The notes under the pieces were generated by a model, which saw only the letters and a list, made by a program, of their open reading frames with translations, was not told the origin of the DNA and searched no databases. Made by a program: the position numbers and the translations under genes. From NCBI GenBank assembly GCA_030550585.1, contig JAUQPB010000002.1:256001-320000 (forward strand): a stretch of DNA of 64,000 nucleotides, written 5' to 3'. The stretch is from Thermoproteota archaeon. GTDB taxonomy: Archaea; Thermoproteota; Thermoprotei_A; Sulfolobales; Ignisphaeraceae. Below are positions 1 through 10,178 of this stretch, piece after piece; position 1 is the first letter of the stretch; the number at the start of each line of letters is the position of its first letter.

Positions 1-1
1 G

Positions 2-1129
2 GTTATAGTCATCGTTATAGCCATCGCAATCGCAGTTATTGGAGTTTCTTACCTGCTTCTTCATATGGAGAGAACCAGCAAGGAGGAGGCAGAGACACAG
101 ACATACTTTACTGTTACAGATATTTTGAATAGATCTGTTAAAATTCCGAAGAACTTAAGTAGGGTCGTTGCTATAGGCCCAGGCGCGCTTAGGTTGATAG
201 CATATCTAAATGCGACTAATCTTCTCGTTGGTGTGGAAGAGGCTGAGCTAAGTTGGAGCCCAACTGGAAGAGACTACGCAATGGCCTACAGCACAATATT
301 TAAGAGCCTACCTGTAATAGGGCCTGGAGGTCCCAATAGACCGCCAGATCCAGAAAAGCTGAGAACCGTAAAGCCACAGCTGATAATAATGTCGAGAACA
401 TATGCAGATCTTTACCCACCTGATAGACTAGCTGAAGAGGTTAATGCAAGTGTTTTTGTAATTGACTATGGGGTTGCAGGATACCTAGATATTGATGGAA
501 TCAAGAACGCTTTGATGATCCTTGGAAAGGTTTTGGGGAGAGAGGAGAGAGCCAAAGAACTTGTTAACTATATCAACCAATTGGTAAGCGATTTGAATAA
601 TAGGACTAGAGATATAGCTTCTAGGCCAAAGGTCTACGTAGGCGCGATATCATATAAAGGTGGACAGCCGTTCACATCAACGCAAGCTAGGTTTGCCCCT
701 CTACAGCTTCTAAACACACCGTCGATTGTGGATTCGATAGCTGGTAAAGCAGGTTTTACAACAATAGATTTCGAGTATCTGTTAAAGCAACAGCCAGACT
801 TCATATTCATAGACGAAAACAACTTGAATACAGTTTTAAGCGACTTCAGGAAAGATCCGTCGATGTACTGTAGCTTGAATGCATTTAGAGCTGGAAGAGT
901 CTACGGCGTTCTGCCATTCAACTACTACCACACAAATGTTGCTACAGCATTTGCAGATGCGTATTTCATTGGGAAGGTGCTCTACCCAGACAGATTCGCT
1001 GATGTCGATCCGGTTGCCAAAGCAGATGAGATATTCAAGGTGTTTCTCGGTAAGCCACTATACCAAGAGTTTGTCGCCGGCGGGTACCCAGGATTTGTGA
1101 ATCTAAGCAATATGTTTCCATGTGGATGA
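2..1129 (+). CDS. Iron-siderophore/cobalamin ABC transporter substrate-binding protein (5' end outside window)
   Basis: Frame is open from base 2 (VIVIVIAIAIAVIGVSYLLLH, a TM anchor) into ORF 65..1129; TDILNRSVKIP..RVVAIGPG pattern of Peripla_BP_2; followed by a FecCD permease and ATPase. Confidence 0.85.
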   Translation, partial: VIVIVIAIAIAVIGVSYLLLHMERTSKEEAETQTYFTVTDILNRSVKIPKNLSRVVAIGPGALRLIAYLNATNLLVGVEEAELSWSPTGRDYAMAYSTIFKSLPVIGPGGPNRPPDPEKLRTVKPQLIIMSRTYADLYPPDRLAEEVNASVFVIDYGVAGYLDIDGIKNALMILGKVLGREERAKELVNYINQLVSDLNNRTRDIASRPKVYVGAISYKGGQPFTSTQARFAPLQLLNTPSIVDSIAGKAGFTTIDFEYLLKQQPDFIFIDENNLNTVLSDFRKDPSMYCSLNAFRAGRVYGVLPFNYYHTNVATAFADAYFIGKVLYPDRFADVDPVAKADEIFKVFLGKPLYQEFVAGGYPGFVNLSNMFPCG

Positions 1130-1135
1130 ATATAA

Positions 1136-2164
1136 ATGGTTATAGAGAGAATTTTTAGGGCTAGGAAAATCTTTATACTGATATCTATAGCCATACTGTT
1201 GCTTATAATACCATTTTCCCTTTCTGTAGGCGCATACAATGTGACTTATCTAGACGTGCTAAAGGCTCTATTTTGGGGCAACAGCCTATCGCCTGACACA
1301 ACAAGTGTCCTCTTAATCAGACTGAGGAGAGTTTTAGCAGGGATTTTGATAGGGTCTGTCCTTGGGGCCTCTGGCACGGCGATGCAGTCTGTGCTCAGAA
1401 ACCCCATGGCCTCCCCCTTCACGCTTGGCATATCTAACGCAGCCGCACTTGGGGTTGCAGTAGCCTTGTTAACAGGTTTTGGAGGTTCTGTAAGAGGTGT
1501 AATTATCTCATATTCAAACCCATATATAATACCTATATTTGCATTTGTTTTCGCATTAATTCAAACAGCCATCGTTTTGCTTCTAGCATACAAAGCTGGG
1601 TTGAGTGAAAGAGCCCTAGTCTTAGCTGCTATAGCAATGAACTTCTTCTACCAAGCACTGCTAAGCCTCATCCAATACCTCAAGCTGAACGAACTTCAAA
1701 TAGCACTAATAGTTTTCTGGAGCTTTGGCGATGTTGGTAGGGTTGGATGGGAGGAGCTGAAAATACTCTTCATAAGCGCCTTTGCACTCTCGATATACTT
1801 CATCGCTAGATCCCTAGACTTCGATCTGATGAGTCTTGGAGATGATGTTGCCTATGCCAGTGGTGTAAATGCTAAGAGGGTTAGACTAGAAACATCGGTT
1901 GTAGCAGCGCTTGGAGCCTCTATTGTAACAGCATTCTCTGGTGTAATAGCCTTTCTATGCCTAGTTTCGCCACATATTGCAAGGCTGGTTGTTGGAAACA
2001 GCCATAGATATCTCGTTCCACAGTCAATGCTTGTAGCGGCAATTCTTCTTGTGGCGGCTGATAGTATTGGTAGGTTTATACTCTCTCCTGTCACACTACC
2101 CGTTGGGATAACACTATCTTTGATTGGCTCACCTCTGCTTATATACCTTCTTTTGAGGAGGTGA
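1136..2164 (+). CDS. FecCD/BtuC-family ABC permease
   Basis: MQSVLRNPMASPFTLGIS, LGDDVAYASGV and PHIAR motifs; hydrophobic. Confidence 0.92.
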   Translation: MVIERIFRARKIFILISIAILLLIIPFSLSVGAYNVTYLDVLKALFWGNSLSPDTTSVLLIRLRRVLAGILIGSVLGASGTAMQSVLRNPMASPFTLGISNAAALGVAVALLTGFGGSVRGVIISYSNPYIIPIFAFVFALIQTAIVLLLAYKAGLSERALVLAAIAMNFFYQALLSLIQYLKLNELQIALIVFWSFGDVGRVGWEELKILFISAFALSIYFIARSLDFDLMSLGDDVAYASGVNAKRVRLETSVVAALGASIVTAFSGVIAFLCLVSPHIARLVVGNSHRYLVPQSMLVAAILLVAADSIGRFILSPVTLPVGITLSLIGSPLLIYLLLRR

Positions 2165-2168
2165 TAGA

Positions 2169-2927
2169 GTGGTTATTATAAGAGTTGTTGATGTGGAGGT
2201 TAGATACGATAGTGTTAAGGCTTTGGACAGCATATCTTTCGATGTTTTTGAGGGGGAGATTGTAGCTGTTGTAGGCCCGAATGGATCGGGGAAGACAACA
2301 CTTCTAAAAATAGTGGATGGCATACTAAAGCCTGTGAAAGGATCTGTCTACATAGATATGAAAAACGTTGTCGACATCCCTAGAAAGCAGCTTGCGAAGG
2401 AGGTATCACTAGTGACGCAGTCTACATATGTGGTACCGGGTATCAAGGTAATAGACTTTGTCTTAACCGGAAGAAGGCCACACATAGACTTCATGCCAAC
2501 TAGAAAAGACATTGAAATCTCGTTGAATGCGCTTAAAGCTGTCAAAGCTGACAACCTTGTTGACAGGGACTTGACGGAGCTAAGTAGTGGCGAGTTGCAG
2601 AGAATTCTAATTGCAAGAGCCTTAGCAGCAGAGCCGAAGGTGCTGCTACTCGACGAGCCCACGTCAAATCTCGATCTGAGGTTTCAGATAGAGATACTCA
2701 ATCTGGTTAAGAGTCTTAGCAGAGAGAAGAGTCTCGCAGTAATAATGTCGCTTCACGATCTAACACAAGCATATAGGTTCTCAGACAAGGTTATTGTGCT
2801 GAAAAATGGGAGGGTCTACACGATTGGAAGGCCAGACGAGGTTCTAACCGAAAATGTTATTGAGGATGTGTATCAGGTTAGAGTAAGAATTGACAGGGTT
2901 TTGAAGGCTATCATACCGGTGGTGTGA
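2169..2927 (+). CDS. Iron/cobalamin ABC transporter ATP-binding protein
   Basis: Walker A GPNGSGKT, signature LSSGELQR, Walker B LLLDEPT, SLHD. Confidence 0.93.
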   Translation: MVIIRVVDVEVRYDSVKALDSISFDVFEGEIVAVVGPNGSGKTTLLKIVDGILKPVKGSVYIDMKNVVDIPRKQLAKEVSLVTQSTYVVPGIKVIDFVLTGRRPHIDFMPTRKDIEISLNALKAVKADNLVDRDLTELSSGELQRILIARALAAEPKVLLLDEPTSNLDLRFQIEILNLVKSLSREKSLAVIMSLHDLTQAYRFSDKVIVLKNGRVYTIGRPDEVLTENVIEDVYQVRVRIDRVLKAIIPVV

Positions 2928-2937
2928 CATGGTTAAA

Positions 2938-3987
2938 TTAGAGGAGGGTTTTCTTCCACGGTATGTACAATCCTTTTATGGGTATCTCATATCCGCATCT
3001 AGGACACCTGTACTTCCTGTCATCTCTTTCTAGATGCCACTCCCAAACTCTGTACCACCTCCTGTAGATTAGGGTCTTGCCACACCTTGGGCATTTGGTC
3101 GACTCTAGTTCTGGATCCCCAACATTTCCAATATAGATAAACTCGATTCCGCTCCTCCTAGCCTCTTCAGCCACACTAAGAAGCTTTTCCTTTGGTGTTG
3201 GAGGCTCACCCCATTTGTGCGCTGGGTAATACCTGTTTATGTGTAGGGGTGTCTTCTCCCCCAGCTTGCTTATATGCATATCTATGATCCAATCGATGCA
3301 CTCATCAAAATCATTTGTGTTTGTGACCACCAGATAAACCATCTCCACATGCCCACCTAGATCTAGAACAGCTTTTGCATTTCTATAGACTACGTTGTGG
3401 TCTATGTTTGGCAAGGCCTTTCTCATCTTTGGACAGCCCTTAATATCTATGCTCCAGCCATCGACACCAGCACCAACAAGTTTTTCAATGGCATCAAGTG
3501 TTTGATAACCATTTGTAACAACCATGAAGTAGAGATCATTTCTCTTTGCAAGCTCTGCCAAATCGATTAGATAGTCGAAGTTTACAGTTGGTTCATTGAA
3601 ACTTGCACTAAAACCCTCGTCACCAAACCTTATCGCCAATTCCAACAGCTTTTCAGGGGGTATATATTCATCGTCATCTTTAGGAAGTCTAAAGCTTAGA
3701 TGGTGGTTCTGGCACCACGGACAATAGAAATTGCAACCCCATGTCGAAAACGTTAAGGCTGTACTATTTGGCCAGTAGTGGAAAAGGGGTTTAATCTCTA
3801 TAGGCCTACTCTCAACAGCGCTTATTCTTCCATAGCCAATGTGTATGAGAACCCCATTAAAATTTTTATATGATCCACAAATCCCCACTCTATTAGGTGG
3901 TATAACACATTTTCTTTCACAAACCATGCAAACAATTGAATCGTTGTGTTTTCTCCAAAGTCTAGCAACCTTATTCATATCTCTCAA
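2938..3987 (-). CDS. Radical SAM protein, AmmeMemoRadiSam/PflA-like
   Basis: PIEIKPLFHY, CNFYCPWC (CxxxCxxC), N-terminal CMVC..C..C and C-terminal CPRC..CPRC Zn sites. Confidence 0.85.
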   Translation of the reverse strand: MRDMNKVARLWRKHNDSIVCMVCERKCVIPPNRVGICGSYKNFNGVLIHIGYGRISAVESRPIEIKPLFHYWPNSTALTFSTWGCNFYCPWCQNHHLSFRLPKDDDEYIPPEKLLELAIRFGDEGFSASFNEPTVNFDYLIDLAELAKRNDLYFMVVTNGYQTLDAIEKLVGAGVDGWSIDIKGCPKMRKALPNIDHNVVYRNAKAVLDLGGHVEMVYLVVTNTNDFDECIDWIIDMHISKLGEKTPLHINRYYPAHKWGEPPTPKEKLLSVAEEARRSGIEFIYIGNVGDPELESTKCPRCGKTLIYRRWYRVWEWHLERDDRKYRCPRCGYEIPIKGLYIPWKKTLL

Positions 3988-4026
3988 CGCTATCTACTTT
4001 CATAAAAACTTATTGTTTTAATGAAT

Positions 4027-4773
4027 TTAAACGTTTATTTGTTGGCATGGGTAAGGCACTAGAATCTCTAAATCCTCATTTATAGGGGTTTTAATTGGTT
4101 GGGGCCACAGGTAGAAGTGTATAAGTATGAGCTTTTTTACATTACTTTTAATAGCGATATTTATAGCGTCTTTGTATGTGCTATGACCATATCTATGAGC
4201 CTCTTCGCTATATGTGGAAGCCTCGTGAATTAGAATATCACATCCTCTAGCAAATTCTATTAGCTTGGGATTATACGATGTGTCACCACTATAAACAATA
4301 CATTTACCGTCAACTATGATCTTAATTGATGCAGCAGGTGTTGTGTGTATAGCCTCTAGAAACTCTATTTCGAAATCGCCAACCCTAACCCTTTTATCAA
4401 AACCAATCTTGATAAAGTCTACTAAGTGTAGTAGGTTTAGGGAGCTGGAGGCCTTTAAAAGTTCTACAATAGCTTCAATTACATCGTCTATGGATACTAT
4501 AAGCATCTTTCTATAGCCTAGGTGATTAGCTATTTGAAGTAGTGTTGGCAAACCCAAAACATGGTCTCCATGTCTATGCGATATTACAACACCTTTAAAA
4601 TTATCATCTATTTGCAAACCACATTTCCTCATAGCTCCATAGACTCCTTCACCAGCCTCAACAAGAATCCAGTTGCCACTAGAATTCACTATTACAAATG
4701 ATGTATAGCCTAGGAGAGGGTCTGAAATCCAGCCGCCAACACCAAGAAAAACAATTTTGGTCAATAGAAACAC
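4027..4773 (-). CDS. MBL-fold metallo-hydrolase, RNase Z-like
   Basis: SHRHGDH, YSGDT, LIHEA, GHST and LILIH motifs. Confidence 0.8.
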   Translation of the reverse strand: MFLLTKIVFLGVGGWISDPLLGYTSFVIVNSSGNWILVEAGEGVYGAMRKCGLQIDDNFKGVVISHRHGDHVLGLPTLLQIANHLGYRKMLIVSIDDVIEAIVELLKASSSLNLLHLVDFIKIGFDKRVRVGDFEIEFLEAIHTTPAASIKIIVDGKCIVYSGDTSYNPKLIEFARGCDILIHEASTYSEEAHRYGHSTYKDAINIAIKSNVKKLILIHFYLWPQPIKTPINEDLEILVPYPCQQINV

Positions 4774-4775
4774 CT

Positions 4776-5540
4776 TTACCTCTTCCCAGATTTCTTCTTT
4801 GATTTGGCCTGAGATGTTTTAGAAAAGCCTATTCTAGGCATCTTCACAGTTTCTATAAAAGCACCTGCTACAATCATTGAAATACTTACGCCAACAACTA
4901 TCGAAGATGCTATAGCCTGTGCGAAGCTGACACCACACACATAATCTATTTTTATTTGCTCATAGGATGATTCAGAGACTGGCGCAAGAGTTATTACTAT
5001 TGCCTGCACCTCAACCTCTTTTGAACTAGGGCCATAGACCAAAAGTCTTGATATATTAACATTTGTATTAAAGTTTAGGGTGAGTCTATAGAGCCCAGGC
5101 TCTAACTCCTTTTGGTAAAACAGTGTTGTATTTAATGTTTTGCCAAAAATTGCTTGTCGCGGGCTTAGCGAAGAGTAGACAATGGTTTGGTTATTTGAAG
5201 TATTCAAAATTGCTACATAACCTTCGTAATTCTCATCTTTGGGCTTTCCAACAATCTCTATGTATATATAGCCAATAGTGTTATTCACCTTGAATGTGTA
5301 GTTAAATGGCTTGTTAGCCTCAATCACAATATTTGAAAGGTTTACTGGTGTACTTCGCCAATAATACCACTCACTATACTTAGGACTCATCTTTCCAACA
5401 AATTCTTTGGGAACGTAAACATATGTTGAACATGTCTTAACCTCAACACCACTTAGTAGCAATAGCCACCCGATAACGAATAGAAGTATCCCTAGACTAA
5501 TCAATGCAATTGATTTGCTTGACACCTTAATCAACCTCAA
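4776..5540 (-). CDS. Hypothetical membrane protein (N- and C-terminal TM, beta-rich outer domain, basic tail)
   Basis: 254-aa ORF abutting the MBL gene; hydrophobic ends; several N-x-S/T sequons. Confidence 0.65.
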   Translation of the reverse strand: MRLIKVSSKSIALISLGILLFVIGWLLLLSGVEVKTCSTYVYVPKEFVGKMSPKYSEWYYWRSTPVNLSNIVIEANKPFNYTFKVNNTIGYIYIEIVGKPKDENYEGYVAILNTSNNQTIVYSSLSPRQAIFGKTLNTTLFYQKELEPGLYRLTLNFNTNVNISRLLVYGPSSKEVEVQAIVITLAPVSESSYEQIKIDYVCGVSFAQAIASSIVVGVSISMIVAGAFIETVKMPRIGFSKTSQAKSKKKSGKR

Positions 5541-5625
5541 ATAATTTGGAGAAGTAAAGATTTTTAAGGTTATGAGGTCTTATTGAGCCCTTGCAATATG
5601 CAGTTACTATTTGAAATTAATTGAA

Positions 5626-6837
5626 TTAATTAAGGTGCATTTCTATTTTATTTGTTGTCTTCCTCATCTCATAGTAATAGTAGAACGTAACAGAGGATGC
5701 TACAAGCAAGAGACTTAGAAATGAGAAATTGGTTTTGTAGCCCATTGAAGATGATATGTAACCTCCAAGAGGATTATATAAGATGCTGGCAAGAGGTATG
5801 CTAGAATTCAATAAGCCTAGCGAAGCTGATTCATCGCCTTTTGCCAACTCAACTGCTAAAACATAGGCCGAAGAAGCGTAAGAACCCCAAACAATGCTAT
5901 AAAAAGCCATGGTAGCAAAAGCTGTTGACATATCCTTCACAATAAAAATGTTTAAAACCATGAATATGGCCATAGATGCTAAGCTGAAGATGTATACAAT
6001 CTTTGAACCCAGTTTATCGACAATGTATCCAAAAGCTATGAGCATTGGGATTTCAAACCAACTTGCAATACTCAGCAATAGCGTTGCATAGACTTCTCCA
6101 AGTCTAATCTCATAAGCGTAGTATTGAGGTACATAGATATTCTTGGCAACGTCAGCAGCCCCAAAAATTATTGAGGAAATGAAAAACAATAGATAAAGTC
6201 TATTCCTTAGAAACAAAAAAGACCTTCTTTTAATGCCGTTGAGACGTACAATGTTACCTAAATTTCCAACATCTTTAATGTATTTGCTTAAAGCAATTGA
6301 TAGTAAGACTATCAGTAGAGATACAAGTATGGCGATGTGAAATATAGATTCGATTCCAAATCTATTTAGGAAGTATCCAGAGAAGGTCAGGGGTGTGGCC
6401 CAACCCAGAGAACCTGCAGCCCAGAAAACCCCCATACTTCTACCAACAACTTGACTTGAGCTAATTAACGATACTAGAGTTGTTGATGAGACTAATGTGC
6501 ATGAGGCTCCAATACCGGTAAGAGAGAAGAAGATAGATAGTAATAGAATGTCATTGGAGAAAAAAGATGCTAAACTAAAGAATATTGCTGTTACCAGTCC
6601 TCCAAATCCAGAGAAAAATGTCTCTCTACCCCTAAACCTATTTAAAATATATCCCCATATAATGCTAAAGACAAAGCTAGTGAGAGATGATAGAGATGCT
6701 ACAACACCTGAAATAAATGCGGAGTATCCTTTATGTCCAACTAGATATAATGGTAGTAGTGGGTAGGTTAAACCTGATATGAACATGAGTAAGGCGTTTA
6801 TAGTTGCCAGCAACACAATGGCTTTATTCATATGCAA
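5626..6837 (-). CDS. MFS transporter
   Basis: About 12 TM; WGYILNRFRGR and FGYIVDKLGSK (motif A-like). Confidence 0.85.
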   Translation of the reverse strand: MHMNKAIVLLATINALLMFISGLTYPLLPLYLVGHKGYSAFISGVVASLSSLTSFVFSIIWGYILNRFRGRETFFSGFGGLVTAIFFSLASFFSNDILLLSIFFSLTGIGASCTLVSSTTLVSLISSSQVVGRSMGVFWAAGSLGWATPLTFSGYFLNRFGIESIFHIAILVSLLIVLLSIALSKYIKDVGNLGNIVRLNGIKRRSFLFLRNRLYLLFFISSIIFGAADVAKNIYVPQYYAYEIRLGEVYATLLLSIASWFEIPMLIAFGYIVDKLGSKIVYIFSLASMAIFMVLNIFIVKDMSTAFATMAFYSIVWGSYASSAYVLAVELAKGDESASLGLLNSSIPLASILYNPLGGYISSSMGYKTNFSFLSLLLVASSVTFYYYYEMRKTTNKIEMHLN

Positions 6838-6907
6838 ATCACCTACATAGAAGATATTTCAATAAAACTTTGAATCATTTATTCTGTTAAAAAAAGTAAT
6901 TGTATAT

Positions 6908-9900
6908 CTATTGTATTATTCTAAGCGTCCTTACCTCAAAGGGCTTTATCTTCAATTCTATTTCAGAGGTATTTCTACCTAACTCACTTATGTTGCTAAG
7001 CTCTATCAAATCTGTTTCAATAATTTGAGATGCTTTAATCCCTAGACTTATTTTTATTTTAACTTCGTCTTTATATGGATTGTAAAGCCTCAATATATAT
7101 CCATTTCCATCATATGCAAGTTTAAATGTTGATATAATTGCTTTTGGCGGGTCTATAGACAGCACACTCTCTTCAACTTCTTTACCATAGACGATTTTAG
7201 CCAAAGGCCCAAATATAATTTCCTGGGCTATTTTCGGCACCTCAGCTTGTTGATAGTCTCCTTTATGTGGATATATATAGTATGTTACATTATAGTCTCC
7301 TATATCGCTCCATGGATTTGGAAATAGAGGTGATCTAATTACAGTTAAAGCTATGTCGCCGCCTTTGGCAGAGTATCCATGTCTAGATGGAGCTATTATA
7401 GCAAGACCCTTTTCACCATCTGATATATCTGCCCATCTAACAGCAGGCACTTCAAACTTTGCTCTCTCCCAACTTGTCTCCATCTTCGTTGACCTCTCCA
7501 CAACACCAAATGGAATGTCATAATGGGCCTTCAAAGCCTTTGTAGATGTCTTGAACCAGTGTTTAACCATTGCACCCTTATCCCTCCAGCTAATGCTGTT
7601 CTCAATTACTATGTATAGAAGCCCTTTGTACAGACATATCCTTTGGATTATCCTAGAGTTCTCAAAGCCCTTTGAAACCTCTACACAAGCTTTCAAAGGC
7701 CCTCTAGATATAATCTTAGGCTTTTCAATTACATTCATTTCAATTCTATTCATAAAGAAGTCGCTTGTAACATCCCACGCATCAAATCTCCCAGGTTTAT
7801 CGATATGCACAACAAGTTTCGCTGACTCTCTCAGTAACTCAACATCTCCTTCCTTAATCTTAATAGACTCTATATCACCTCTCTCATCAATTTTAACAAC
7901 AAGCATCTCATTTTCTAAATATATCCCATCTTTCTCGAAAACCTTAACACCATCCTCACCTCTACAAATGTTTTCTCCAAGGCGATAAGACTTAATGCCC
8001 ATAGGGGTAGTTTCAACAAGTAGATAATATCCATCGACATCTTCTTGACATTCCACATTATCTGGTACTCCAAAGCCCTTTGGTATCTTAACAATTGATT
8101 TGAATTTCCATGGAACCACACTAGTTACAGCAAGAATCTTCTCCTTCTTATCTCTACCCACAATGCCCTCTATAGAGCTGTACGATATTGCATACGATTC
8201 TTCGACTACTTTCCTCAAATCATTTACAGCATCATCATAAACCTCTTTTATTGATGAGCCAGGTATTATATCATGGAATTGATTGAATAGAAGGAGATGC
8301 CATAGAGAATCTATTTTCTCTTTATCAATGCTATAACCGAAAAGCATCTTTGCAATAGTTGATAGTATTTCAGCTTCTCTTAGTGCTTTCTCAGCTTCAG
8401 CCATAGCGTTTTTAACGGCTATATTTGTTGTATATGTACCTCTATGAACCTCTACATAGAGCTCATCATTCCAAACAGGCATTGAGTCTTTGACTCTCAT
8501 CACATTTTCTATATACTCCTTCTCATTGACGTGTTTAACAAATGGTATATGGGGTAGTTTGTTAACAAGCTCTATATACTCCATCATCTCTCTTGTTTGT
8601 CCACCACCACCATCTCCATATCCATATGAATACACCGTAAATGGTATTGCATCTTTTTGTCTATACCTTTCCCAGTATCTGTAGATTGATGTGGGTGTCA
8701 TAGTCTCATTATAGCTTGTTATGAGTATTTGTACCGGTATCTCTGTTCCATCAATACCTCTCCATATGAATGAATGATAGGGAAACTCGCTTGTGTCGTT
8801 CCACATAACTTTATGTGTAATGAAAACCTCTATACCACTCTTCCTCATAATCTGTGGGAGATTACCTGAAAACCCAAAGCTATCCGGTATCCAGCCAATC
8901 TTAGCTATTCTACCAAACCTTTCTAAGAAATATCGTTGACCATACAGAAACTGTCTTGCAAGCGACTCCCCATCAATTAGATTTGTATCGCTTTCTATCC
9001 ACATACCCCCGACAATAACCCATTTACCACTATCAACCAAACTCTTTATCTTTTCAAACAACTTTCTATCTATTTCCTCGACCCATTTATAGTATTGAGC
9101 GGAGCTTTGAACAAAGGTAAGTTCATACTCATCTGCAAGTCTTACAATAGTTGAGAATGTTCTCAAAACCTTTTCAACTGTTTCGCTTTTTGGCCATAGC
9201 CAAGCTGCATCAATGTGGCTATGACCCATAATATAGATTGTTCCGATTTTTGGATGCTTTTTCCTGAGAGCCTCCAATCCCTTCTCCAACTCACTATTAA
9301 TCCTGTTAACCTCTTCGAGAACCTTATCTATGTTTTGCTCTGGTAAGTCATTTAGATATCCCTTTAAAACCCCTATCCCATATACATTAGCAAGCCATGC
9401 ATAATCTCCGTAGGGTTGCCTCAAATCCCCTCTTCTAAAATAGATTGGCTGTAAACCAGATTCGTATAGCAGAGATAGAGCTAATGTTATCTGCCTTAGT
9501 GATGGGTTTAGCCTTAGAAAAGCTGTTGTATTAAATAAGAGGTTTTGAAGATCTTCCCTAACACCACTATTCTGAGGCAGACTTTCGATAAGTCTTATCA
9601 GCTCAAGTATTCTAAGACCAGTTTTCACAGCATCCCAAGCAACTTCAACAATAAATGCTTTTTGAAATGTTAATGCCCATCCATGCAAACCAAAAAGAGT
9701 TCTTGGAGAAACTATCAACTCTATATCATGTGCACCAGGTGATATTGGGATATAGGTATGGGCCTCATCAACTCCCGCATAGTTTTCTCCATCAACTCTA
9801 ACCCTGGCATTCCCACTTACAACAAACTTCATAAACCATCTAAACTTTGTTTGTGGCACATCAACTCTCGTCTTAAATACATGAATTTTACTAGGCTCTG

Positions 9901-10024
9901 TCTCTATGCTGAATGGCAACAGGATTTCTCTGTCGCCATAAACCCATTTACTCACATCTACTACTCTTAGAATAGAGGATGCTATTAAATCAAAAACCCT
10001 CCTTTCAACATCAGCTAAATTCAA
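6908..10024 (-). CDS. Alpha-mannosidase, GH38
   Basis: GHSHIDAAWLW, WIPDSFG, YGYGDGGGG, HRGTYT and QFHDIIPGSS motifs. Confidence 0.95.
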   Translation of the reverse strand: MNLADVERRVFDLIASSILRVVDVSKWVYGDREILLPFSIETEPSKIHVFKTRVDVPQTKFRWFMKFVVSGNARVRVDGENYAGVDEAHTYIPISPGAHDIELIVSPRTLFGLHGWALTFQKAFIVEVAWDAVKTGLRILELIRLIESLPQNSGVREDLQNLLFNTTAFLRLNPSLRQITLALSLLYESGLQPIYFRRGDLRQPYGDYAWLANVYGIGVLKGYLNDLPEQNIDKVLEEVNRINSELEKGLEALRKKHPKIGTIYIMGHSHIDAAWLWPKSETVEKVLRTFSTIVRLADEYELTFVQSSAQYYKWVEEIDRKLFEKIKSLVDSGKWVIVGGMWIESDTNLIDGESLARQFLYGQRYFLERFGRIAKIGWIPDSFGFSGNLPQIMRKSGIEVFITHKVMWNDTSEFPYHSFIWRGIDGTEIPVQILITSYNETMTPTSIYRYWERYRQKDAIPFTVYSYGYGDGGGGQTREMMEYIELVNKLPHIPFVKHVNEKEYIENVMRVKDSMPVWNDELYVEVHRGTYTTNIAVKNAMAEAEKALREAEILSTIAKMLFGYSIDKEKIDSLWHLLLFNQFHDIIPGSSIKEVYDDAVNDLRKVVEESYAISYSSIEGIVGRDKKEKILAVTSVVPWKFKSIVKIPKGFGVPDNVECQEDVDGYYLLVETTPMGIKSYRLGENICRGEDGVKVFEKDGIYLENEMLVVKIDERGDIESIKIKEGDVELLRESAKLVVHIDKPGRFDAWDVTSDFFMNRIEMNVIEKPKIISRGPLKACVEVSKGFENSRIIQRICLYKGLLYIVIENSISWRDKGAMVKHWFKTSTKALKAHYDIPFGVVERSTKMETSWERAKFEVPAVRWADISDGEKGLAIIAPSRHGYSAKGGDIALTVIRSPLFPNPWSDIGDYNVTYYIYPHKGDYQQAEVPKIAQEIIFGPLAKIVYGKEVEESVLSIDPPKAIISTFKLAYDGNGYILRLYNPYKDEVKIKISLGIKASQIIETDLIELSNISELGRNTSEIELKIKPFEVRTLRIIQ

Positions 10025-10141
10025 ATCCCATCACCCACATATCTACAGCAAGTCTAGCTAAAAGCCACATACTTAAAAACTTATTAAATAATTATTTGCT
10101 GAAACCCATACAAAGGAATTTTTATTTGTTATGATATAGCC

Positions 10142-10154
10142 AAAAACTTAAATA
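10142..10154 (+). promoter_or_regulatory. BRE-TATA promoter of the GH4 gene (probably leaderless)
   Basis: AAAAACTTAAATA about 25 nt upstream of GTG 10179. Confidence 0.55.
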
Positions 10155-10178
10155 CTTTCGGATTTAGCATAACTTTAG